The notes beneath the pieces are model-generated. The model was not told the origin of the DNA, did no database searches, and was given only the letters and a program-made list of their open reading frames with translations. DNA of 64,000 nt from Octopus sinensis (taxonomy: Eukaryota): contig NC_042999.1 of assembly GCF_006345805.1 (NCBI RefSeq), forward strand, positions 89,714,001 to 89,778,000. Reading direction: 5' to 3'. Within the stretch, counting starts at the first letter, position 1. Each line of letters opens with the position of its first letter. Both the position numbers and the translations under genes were made by a program. This document shows positions 54,230-64,000 of the stretch, piece after piece.

Positions 54230-55450
54230 CCTATGCATTTACCACATACAAAAGTTTACTTTCTCTGTTAACCTTCCTGTTATTCCACTGCACCTCTTAT
54301 GTGTCCATAGTTTGCATTGAGTTTATCATGTGAAATTTCTATCTATACCTTTTTTATATATCCAGCAGAATCATTTTCTTGCAGGGCATAGGTCTGTCTG
54401 TTTTTCTGCTTACTAGAACTTTAGTTTTTGCTAAGCTAACTTTAAGGCCTTTTGATTCCAGGTTTTGCTTCCATGCCTGGAATTTGTTTTCCAATTCTAC
54501 TATCGATTCAGTTTTAATAACAAGGTTATCAGTATAAGGAGTTCCCACAAGCAACTGGTCTTACACTCCTCTTATGTTCAAGAGGACTATGATAAATACA
54601 AATGGACTGAGACTGGAATCCTTGTAAATCCCTACCTGTGGACTAAATTCATTGCTGAACCCATGGCTGACTTTCACATTACTTACAACAGTAGATGCAT
54701 GGCTTATACGGCTGTCACAATCTATTTGTATATTCCTAGCTTCCACAGCAACCACCAGATCAAGGAGTGATAGACCTTTTCAAAGGCTTTCACCAAGTTA
54801 CTGAAAATCAAGTACAATGGCTTACTTTTTGCTAAACACTTCTCCTGTGGAGGCACATGGCCTAGTGGTTAGAGCAGCGGACACGCGATCGAGGGATCGT
54901 GGGTTCGAATCTAAGACTGGGCGATGTGTGTGTTTATGAGCAAAACACCTAAACTCCACGTGGCTCCAGCAGAAAGTAATGGCGAACTTCTGCTGACTCT
55001 TTCACCACAACTTTCTCTCACTCTTTCCTCCTGCATTTTGCAGCTCACCTGCGACGGACCGGCGTCCCATCCAGGTGGGGAACCTATATGCTAAGGAAAC
55101 CGGAAAACCGGCCCTTATGAGCCAGGCTAGCTTGAGAAGGAACAAACAACAAACACTTCTCCTGCAGTTACCTTACTATAAAGAGGACACCAGTGGCACT
55201 AATCCCTAGCACAAAACCAAGCAGCTTCCTGTCTAGGTTAATTTTCTTCCTAACTGATTGAGCTTTTTGTATAACTTTCATGACTTGGTCCAACAATTTG
55301 CTACCTCTGTAATTGTTTATAAAACATCTCCTTTACCCTTGTAATAGTTGACTATGATGCTGTTATACCATTCATTGGTTATGATACTTTCCTCTTCAGC
55401 CTGATTAACTATATGTGATTAGAATGTACCCTACTCTGGGCTGTGAATGT
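54230..55450 (-). mobile_element. RTE-clade LINE RT fragment (intron 1), split by a SINE D copy
   Basis: YTDNLVIKTESIVELENKFQAWKQNLESKGLKVSLAKTKVLV (YADD region) and LVKAFE. Confidence 0.75.
54848..55150 (+). mobile_element. SINE family D with 14-bp TSD
   Basis: AAACACTTCTCCTG at 54834-54847 and 55151-55164. Confidence 0.9.
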
Positions 55451-56118
55451 ATGTGTGTGAGTGAGTTCATATTTCCCTTCACTTTCCCATGTGTTTACTG
55501 ACTGTAAACAACCTCACTGTCCACACACATTATTTTGCTTGCAATCCACTGCAAAAGCTTGTTAAGGCTCCTTAACATGTTGCATGATCTTTGTAAATAA
55601 AAGACTCATTCAAATAATATCATATGTCCCTACTTGCAATATATAAACAAAGAAGCGACAATCAGCCGCTGATCTTGCAACAAGCTAAACTACTGGGTTT
55701 AAGATCTTTGAAAGAGATTCATGTAGTAACAGTACTAAACAGTAATGTTTGTAGCCACTTTTGCAAGATCAGTGGCTAATTGTCACTTCTTTGTTTATAT
55801 ATTGCAAGTAGGGATGGAAAGCTGCCATTTCTAGCAGGCTGGACTCCAGTACTGAGGATGGGTATGCACCCAGAAATCAGTTGTTCTGCTGGTCTTGCCA
55901 CACTAGAGGGGGAGTGGTTCGCTCCCTTACTCAGGTTGTGTGTCACTAACCAGCTGGAAAAGATGTTTTACTGGGGTTAAAATGTAATAACATTGTTCTG
56001 CATGGAACAGCCATGTAAAAGTGGCAACAAACATTACTGCAAAGTAAATAAAAGTTCAGAGAATATTTGTAATATACAAATTTGTAAGAAAAATGTTCTT
56101 TTTTTCTCTTTTGTCTAG

Positions 56119-56248
56119 GCTAAAATCTTTTACTATGGCCATCACAAGTATTTTGGTCGCTTTGAAGTAGCTGTCACTGATGGTCTTACCAAATATAACA
56201 ATGATCCTATTCTGAAGTTCTACAAAGCTCTGGCTCTGCTTCTACAAG
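56119..56248 (+). CDS. TTC21B: TTC21B coding exon 2 (AKIFYYGHHKYF...DPILKFYKALALLLQ)
   Basis: AG/GT boundaries, 130 nt. Matches the human N-terminus INYYCQERYF...SDPVFRFYHAYGTLME (recalled). Confidence 0.92.
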
Positions 56249-56451
56249 GTAAACTTTTTTCCTTTGTGGCTGATACTAAGTAATTTGTGTCCGGTTAGGT
56301 GAACTGGTAAACCTTAAGTCCAAAAGTCAAAATCTACTTTATTTTCTGAATTTGTTGTATAAGTACTGGATAAGAGTTAAGTTATTTGGTTAAAATAAAA
56401 TTGTTAAAAAAATTGAATAGTATCTTTAAAATGGTAGCCTTAATATACAAC

Positions 56452-56758
56452 GTGGAGGCGCAATGGCCCAGTGGTTAGGGCAGCGGACTCACGGTTGGAG
56501 GATCGCGGTTTTGACTCCCAGACTGGGCGTTGTGTGTGTTTATTGAGCGAAAACACCTAAAAGCTCCACGAGGCTCCAGCAGGGGGTGGTGGCGACCCCT
56601 GTTGTACTCTTTTGCCACAACTTTCTCTCACTCTTTCTTCCTGTTTCTTGAGTAACGCTGCGATGGACTGGCATCCCGTCCAGCTGGGGTAAACACATAT
56701 GCCACAGTAACCAGGAAACCAGGCCTATGAGCCTGACTAGGCTTGTAAAGGGTGACAT
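56452..56758 (+). mobile_element. SINE family D with 12-bp TSD
   Basis: TTAATATACAAC at 56440-56451 and 56759-56770. Confidence 0.9.
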
Positions 56759-57784
56759 TTAATATACAACATATAATAAAGTTTGTCAAGGACAGAAAAT
56801 TTTCAGTTTCTTGTGAAAATGTAGAGAAATTTTGCCTAAACAGAATTTTTAGATATAATAATTTAATCTACCTCATGAGTTGTACTCAGTATTGTTCAAG
56901 GGAGAATTTTTTCCCTCCCTAACATTCTAGAGACATTTTTCTACTGAATAAGCATGGAAGCAAAACCTGGAATTGTTCTGACCATTTTCATTTCAATTTA
57001 CGAATTTTTTTTTCCTGTGAACATCAGGAGTCTGTTTCTGATAACTTGTCACCAACTGTCAATGCTATCGATTTAAACATTTTGAAACAAAATGAAAAGT
57101 AACATACACCACAAGTTGGAGATGTTGTTATAGTTAAATATGCCACTAAACTAAGGTGTAAACTTACACTGGTGTTATTCAGTCAATAAATTAAAATGAA
57201 CAATATCTTGTGCAATACATACAGAAAGGTAGTGGAAAAATATTACTTTGAAGGAAAGTGATTGTGATTGTTGCTATTGCTACCATTATAAGGAAACTTT
57301 AAATTGAACATGTGAGGATAGTATCTCATTGACAATTCATTCAAGATATGCAACTTGTTTAATAAACTACTAGAGTAGTTAATATAACATTTCCTTTTTC
57401 TATACATGGTTATAAGTTTGTTATTTGGATGTTTCTAATGAGTTGTTTTTGTTTGAACTTATTGCTCTTGCAAATGTTGTTTTATTTGGTCCTCTGTCCC
57501 TGACATTCCATCCCTGACAGGGATGGAATGTCAGGGACAAAGAATAGTATAAACTCCAGCTATTCTTTCCTCTGGGCGATCAAGAATTTTCTTTTCCTTC
57601 AGATGTTCACTTCCTTATAAATATTTTCTACTAATTTGCCGCACAAATTTGGTTGAGATTAATAAAGTAAATTACATCATACTGATAATAAAGAAAATAT
57701 TATCATTCAATCATTATCTTCTAAAATCTTTCTTTCTTTTGAAACACAACAAAATCTATGTATTTGTTTTTGTTTTTTCCATAG

Positions 57785-57895
57785 GTCGGGTTCCAGAAAG
57801 TATGCATGCTTTTCAACAACTGAAAGACAAGGTAGATGTTAATTTGGGTTCAATCCTGGCTCTAATTTATGGTTACAAGAAGTCAAAGAATAATA
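57785..57895 (+). CDS. TTC21B: TTC21B coding exon 3 (GRVPESMHAFQQLKDKVDVNLGSILALIYGYKKSKNN)
   Basis: AG/GT boundaries, 111 nt, phase 1 to 1. Matches human [32 protein letters not shown]. Confidence 0.92.
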
Positions 57896-58736
57896 GTAGG
57901 TGGAACTTTATTCTTCTTGTAAAATAGTTTTCCAACAATTAATTCCTTTTTATTTGCAGAGCTCTCACTGGTCCAATCATGATTTCTTTCATCTTTGTTG
58001 GTTTCTTCTCACCATACAACACCTGAACCTTGTTTGCCAGCCAAGAAACTGGGCTACTCCTGTCAATTCAACCAAAGAAGGATGTGTAGCTAGTTGTGTA
58101 GATATGTGTGTGCAGTGAAAAATGACCATGGTATTATGTTTGTGGATCTTTTATTGAGGGCAAAGTACCAAATGTGTTTGGCTTTATGATGATATGGATC
58201 AAAGAAGAGTACTTTTTTTCAGTTCTAAGTGGGCTAGTATTGCAAAATCTGACTAATCTATTGCTTATAACACAGGTTAAAACTAAAAGTTCTCAGAAAT
58301 CTTGCGGGTTGTTAATGGTACTTAACTTTCATTGCCCGAGCAGGATTTTATTTCATGCATTCATGTAGTTGTTTAGTTTCCACGTCAGCTCGGACTGACC
58401 AGACCAATAACAAAGTTGTTCAACCTGACCATCCTGTCTTCTTGTCATTGTGTCTAGGACAGCATTGTTTATGATTACTGCATGTGATTTGAAGAAGATA
58501 TGGTTAGTATTTCTAGCAAGTTGAGTGATCACATCAAAGCTCCCTCATTTCATACAGAGAAATAAATTATAAACTGAATCTAGTTAAAATTACAGATCTA
58601 CAAAAGAACTGACTGTACTTTGCCTTTCAGAATTTTTAGGCTTTATACTTTTCTGATTTGTTTACTTGAGGGAGAAAAATGAGAGAAGTTTATAAACATT
58701 TAACAGTATTTTAATTTTTATTATCTTTCATTGTAG

Positions 58737-58801
58737 ATCGTGAAGAACTACAAGACCTTGACCGTAAACTAAAAGAAGAAAGAAAGCAGGCTGGTGAAAG
58801 G
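58737..58801 (+). CDS. TTC21B: TTC21B coding exon 4 (NREELQDLDRKLKEERKQAGER)
   Basis: AG/GT boundaries, 65 nt, in frame. Matches human [22 protein letters not shown]. Confidence 0.9.
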
Positions 58802-58972
58802 GTGTGTTGATTAAATTTGGTTTTTATAGGATTTTTAAGAATGAAAGTAATAAAGGAGTGCTTATAGCAATAAATGAAACCTACAATTTTCAGAAAAAGA
58901 TGTTAACTATATGAAAATATTAATAACTATCTACATTGATACGAATGTATATTTCAGTATGTTTGATTCTGT

Positions 58973-59004
<32 letters not shown>

Positions 59005-59639
59005 CGTACGTGTGTGTGTACAGAATCAAGCATACTGAAACGTTAGTATCAATATAGATAGATGTTGATATTCTCATATAATTTTTGTTTGTCTGAAAAT
59101 TGCATATACTCACACACACACACATACACAATGTCTGATGAAAGCGTATCAAGACTGGTGCTATAAAAAGAAAACTTCAGTGCGTAGCAATTTCACATTT
59201 AATCTCCATCAAAGTAGTCTCCTTCTTATGCCACACACTTTATCCAACATTGTTTTCATTGATGGAAGCACTCCTAGAAGAACTCTCTTGAAATCTTTTT
59301 TCCTTTTAAGAGAAATTTGATGTTTGGAAAGATTCTTGACCATAATAACCTTCAAGCCATGTCTTTTTACATACACACACACATACTTTCTCTGCCATAG
59401 TCACTGATAGAACCTCCATGTTGTGGTGAGATGACCACACACTACACACATTACTTCCAAGTACTGCTGTAAACAATGGGAGTAAATGAGAATTCTTTTA
59501 GTGCCGTATTCATTTAACACACCGATTTCCACTCATTTGCTTATTTATTTTTACTGAAATTTTCGTTGTGACTTGCAACCTTTTCAATATACGCTGACTC
59601 TGTCCGTTATTGGAATTGCAATAACATTTTTTCTTGGTG

Positions 59640-60060
59640 TAGAATGTACTACCTACTACTGGTTAGTAACTTCAGACTTAGATCAAACTAATCTGGAAAA
59701 GTAAGATATGGAAGCTTAAAAGTCTATTGAACAGTCACAGATACAGAGATGTTCTAATTAAAGCATCTGACAAGGAGGCAGAGACCGATGTAAAACATAG
59801 AGGTTAACTGGAAGTTCTTGCAGGGCAACCTATTAAGGACTACAGATCAAATCTGTTGTCAGTGCAAAGTTCCAATGAGACTGAAGATGACATGGTAGTA
59901 GAATGGTGAAGTAGACAAAGTCATTAAAACAAAGACTGGCATGAAAGGATTGGAAGAAATAGGGTAGAAGAGAATACCAAGTAGCTAAAAGAGAAACTAG
60001 ACAATAGATTTGTTTGACCATGGGAAGGGTAGAAAGGAGGAGTTTTGCCAGTGTTCTACA
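59640..60060 (+). mobile_element. Degenerate RTE-clade ORF fragment (between EN and RT)
   Basis: Remnant of the WW...K...W...Y..AKRE-type linker, with many stops. Confidence 0.5.
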
Positions 60061-60569
60061 ACATGAGGACCAGAGGCATGAATTGTTCTGGATTGCAAAA
60101 TGGTGTATCAGATTCTATCAAACTGTCTAGCCCATGCCAGCATGGAAGATGGATGTTAAATCATGATTAGCATTTTGATGATGATGTTTTACAACTAATT
60201 AGAAATTATTTGGAACTATGCCCAATATCTGCATCAATAGATAAACTGAAAGAATGGTTCTCAAATATACTTAAAGGAACAGTTATATGTATATAAATGT
60301 ATGTGTGTATTATAAAATTAAATGTGTAAGTATTGTCCTTATATGGATATGTGTGTATATCACCATCATCATTTAATATTTTTTAATATCATTTAATATC
60401 CATATTCCAAAATAGCATAGGTTGGACTATTTGATGGGATTGGATGGATCCAAGGATTGCATCATGCTCTACTTTGGCATGGTTTCTACAGCTTCATGCT
60501 CTTCCTAATGCCAGCCACTTTACAGCACTAATGAGGTTGCCATGCAGGCACAAAACCCAAGTAGAGGGG

Positions 60570-61180
60570 CTTTATTCTAGCAGATGAGGGTTAAGGTAGG
60601 AAAGGAGTGAGTGAGTAGGGTCTAGTTGTAGGGAAGCTACACACATTTAGAAGAAAATAGTTAAGTCATAGCATCAATGAGATAAATATTGGTGATGCGG
60701 TGATCAGGTAGCATTTCAAGGTATGAAATGAGAAGTGGGTGGGGACAGAGAAACTAAGAGTGGGTGGGGGTTTGTAAGAGCATATGGTGGGAAGAAATAG
60801 GGAAATACAAAGGAAGAATCAGACAGCACCTGTAAGGATTTGATAGGATTGAAGAGTGGATGCAGGGGTGAAGATTGCCAATGATGCCTAGATTGGGGAG
60901 GTAGCAAGAGGCCAGAAGAGAGCAGAAATAAGTTAGTGAAAGATGATACAGCTGACATAGGAGGGGACAAGAGAGGTGATGTTTGGACAGGGTACTGAAG
61001 AGGTGGAGAGAGTCAGCATAGAGCACAGGGATAGAATTCAGTTGTTTAGTGAGTGACTGCAGGAGATCAATATCACACGTGGGTGTAGAGGACAATATTA
61101 ATAGATAAGAGAGTGAAGTATCAAGGGAGGTAGAGGAGATGTGGAAAGGGTGTGAGGAAGAAATTGGGTAAGATGTCCGT
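60570..61180 (-). mobile_element. Possible degenerate Penelope-like fragment
   Basis: Strand-skewed composition like 48190-48660; only weak motif remnants. Confidence 0.3.
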
Positions 61181-61189
61181 TTGTACACT

Positions 61190-61930
61190 TAATATGTACA
61201 CCAACTGTGCTCCGAGAAGTCAGTTTTGCCATGATTGTGAATCTTCTCAAGGACCACATATCACCAGATAACTTGGTCTTTTGTCATCTCTGTGAAGCTC
61301 AAGCTCTTGAGGTCAGCCTTCAATACTTTGTACATCTTCCCGAGTCTCCCTTGTCTATAAGCCCCAGTCACATTAAGTGATCCGCATTTCTTTATACTGC
61401 AATCCTCATCCATACACATCACATGTCCATACCAGCTCAGTCTTCTTGCGCACTACCTCTAATTCCTCTTATTCCCAGTTTTTCTCTCAGCACATACTAT
61501 GACATTTATGCACACTCACATTGCACAGCCAATGGAGCATTCTCACCTCATTTTTCCCAGTCTTATCATGTCCTCTACTTTTGAGGCCCATATCTCACTA
61601 CCATGCAACATTGCAGTTCAAATGCAAGTATCACACAAGCTGCCTTTTATTTTGTGGAAAAAGACCTTGTTGCCAGTAGTAGTAGCAGCTCCCTGAGCAT
61701 TTTCAAACCCTTTCTTACTCTGGCTACTAAAGTTTCAGAGAAACCACCTTCTTTGCTGATAACATCTCCCAGGTAACAAAAGCTATTAACTACTAATTAG
61801 CCATCCAGGCATTCAAGGTACTCTATTTCCAATGTGTTCACAGAACATACTGCTCTACTGCATCTGTCACATATGAAGCTTATATTGCTCTGTTAGTCTG
61901 CCAGTGAATTCACTACATCTCTTGTGCATT
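61190..61930 (-). mobile_element. RTE-clade LINE C-terminal fragment
   Basis: VNSFCYLGDVIS, RLSWYGHVMCMDEDCSIKKC, GRLGKMY. Confidence 0.75.
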
Positions 61931-62200
61931 CTATGCTTACACTGGGTGCAGCCTTTTCTGTATAGTGAGCAAGACCATTTCCTCAAAGGCACCAGAGTTC
62001 TGTCTTTTTTCATACTTGCTAAAACCTTTGTATGTGTATGTATTTAACTTAACCCGTTGGTAAGTTTGTTTGACACTGCTGAATTGTTGGAGTGTTTTAT
62101 CAATAAAACTTCTTTTGCTCAAATGGGTTTTGTTTCTAAGAATTATTGTTTTTATACATTACTGTGGTACTGTATTAAAAAGTAAAGTCTTTTTCTTCAG

Positions 62201-62302
62201 AGTCTTTTATATGCTGGAACTTTGTTGTTCTTGATTGAAAAATATGATAAAGCAAAAGAATATCTTGACAGAGCACTAAAGCTGAATGAACTAAATAAAC
62301 AA
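62201..62302 (+). CDS. TTC21B: TTC21B coding exon 5 (SLLYAGTLLFLIEKYDKAKEYLDRALKLNELNKQ); gene continues beyond the window
   Basis: TTTTCTTCAG acceptor and CAA|GTAAGT donor, 102 nt. Matches human [34 protein letters not shown] (TPR). Confidence 0.92.
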
Positions 62303-62834
62303 GTAAGTTTCTCAGAAAGCTACACTGCATTTTTTTTTCTTGACTCTGTTTTATTGTTTCTGTTTCTATTGCAGTTGTTTCTATATTATTCTATAATTTA
62401 TTTATTCCATATCGAGTCTCAGCTATGTATCAAATTTCCTGCCATATTCAAAGCTATATATTGTTACACATGGTTAATACAAAGTGAAAAAATCTAATTT
62501 TGTCAATAGAAGAAGTAACAACTGCTCAAATTTCTTTCATCTATTTCTTAAATCTAGCTATAGTACTCTTGTTCAGCTTGAGAATATTTGTTTAATGCTG
62601 TATGATAGATGCACCCAAGTTATGCAGTCATGAAAAATTAAGCCTTTTACTTTGTTGGCGATAAATGCTTATATATAGAATCATTAACATAGAAACTACT
62701 TCAATAAAATGTGCTAATATAATTACCCTTGTAATTTTGGCTCTTTTGTTCAAACAAGCTTTGTAACTAGAGGCCGTTTTCTGTCAGCATGTGAAATTTC
62801 ACTATAATAACCAGAAAATTCCTGGTGTAAAATA

Positions 62835-63620
62835 TTGGGACATCCCGTAAATAATGTAGTTTTTTTATACTTCGTTTATTTTTCAAAATTAAGATAATCT
62901 AAAATATACTTTCCTTCATTTTCTACAGTGCTCTTCCATTTTTCTGGTAGATTTGTAAGTCCCCTTTTCCAAAATTTACTTGTCTGTGACGAAAAATGCT
63001 CCTCCTGTTCTGTTCTGACCTCCTCTACAGAATTCATATTTTTTCTGTCCAAATGATTTTAAGACTGTGGAAAAAGTGATAATCAGATGGGGCAATGTCC
63101 AGCAAACATGGTGGGTGGAGCATCATTTCTCATTCAAACTGCTCCAGCCTTTGGAATGTGGCCGAGCATTATCTTGATGGAAGAAGACTTTTTGTCTTGC
63201 AACCAAAGATAGTTGTTTTTCTTCTAACGCTGACTTAAGCTACTCAAGCTGCCCTCAGTAGATCTCCTTTGCTATCATTTGGTTAGGGTTTAAAAGTTCA
63301 AAGTGGACTAAACCTTTCATATCCCACCAAACAGATAACAACACCATATGTGGGTGAAGATCTTCTTTAGCCTGGGGTGCTGGTGTTTCTCCTTTCCCTA
63401 CCCACTGTCTTCCACACTTGACATTTTTATAGAGAACCCATTTCTCATCACCAGTCACTATTTGGTCTAAAAAAGGTTCATTCAAGAGACATGACAGCAA
63501 AGAAGAGCACACAATTAGACTCAGATAGCTTGTGATGAACCCATTGACCCAATTTGCTGACTTTTCCGATGGCACACAGGTGTTGATGAATGGTTGAATG
63601 ACCAAATAACTGCACTCTTC
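62835..63620 (-). mobile_element. 5'-truncated mariner (DD34D) transposon remnant
   Basis: IVTGDEKWVLY, LHPHMVLLSVWWD, KFWKRGLTNLPEKWKSTVENEGKYILD. TA plus TIR-like TTGGGACATCCCG at 62833. Confidence 0.88.
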
Positions 63621-63919
63621 AAAACTTGCACTAAGAATAAGAACTAGGTAAAATTACTACCTGCTTTTATAGCAAGTTGATGCAGGTAGTTTACCTCATC
63701 CCCCTCCGACTTTTAGTTCATGCAATTGAAAATAAACCACATTATTTATGGGATGACCCAATGTGTTTTGGTAGAACATCAAAAGTCAGTCAAAACAAGT
63801 TATAAAATGAAACAATAATCAAGAAACCACGAAATAAACTAAGTAAAGGTTAAGTACTTATATTTATATGGCCATGCTTATGATGCCAAAAAGATTTCAA
63901 TTCAATGTGAAAATCAATC

Positions 63920-64000
63920 ATTATCATTTAACGTCCATTGTCCCTGCTGACATGTGTTGGACAGTTTGACTAGGGCTGGCAAGCTGGAAGGCTGCACCAG
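63920..64000 (-). mobile_element. SINE-like family E fragment running off the window
   Basis: Matches 30550-30640. Confidence 0.7.

Overview
This is AT-rich, microsatellite-dense eukaryotic DNA. The SINE families and repeat landscape suggest a cephalopod, probably Octopus (inference). The only host gene I can support is the 5' part of TTC21B (IFT139): five coding exons on the + strand, 53386-62302, continuing past the window. The other ~53 kb, and the TTC21B introns, are transposon-derived: Tigger/pogo and mariner remnants, CR1-, RTE-, R4- and Penelope-like fragments, a Gypsy gag remnant, non-autonomous Helitron-like elements, a long foldback element, and at least five SINE-like families. The most notable region is 35-46.4 kb. 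It holds a near-full-length L1/Tx1-clade LINE with a (TCTA)n tail and a 33-bp flanking duplication, a second 5'-truncated copy abutting it, and a 1.8-kb ORF1-only element with a perfect 16-bp target-site duplication (TSD). The LINE, the ORF1-only element and one tRNA-SINE family share the same ~45-nt 3' end, which suggests one mobilisation system. Most ORFs in the supplied track are microsatellite artefacts. All family assignments come from motif recognition by eye; no database search was run.
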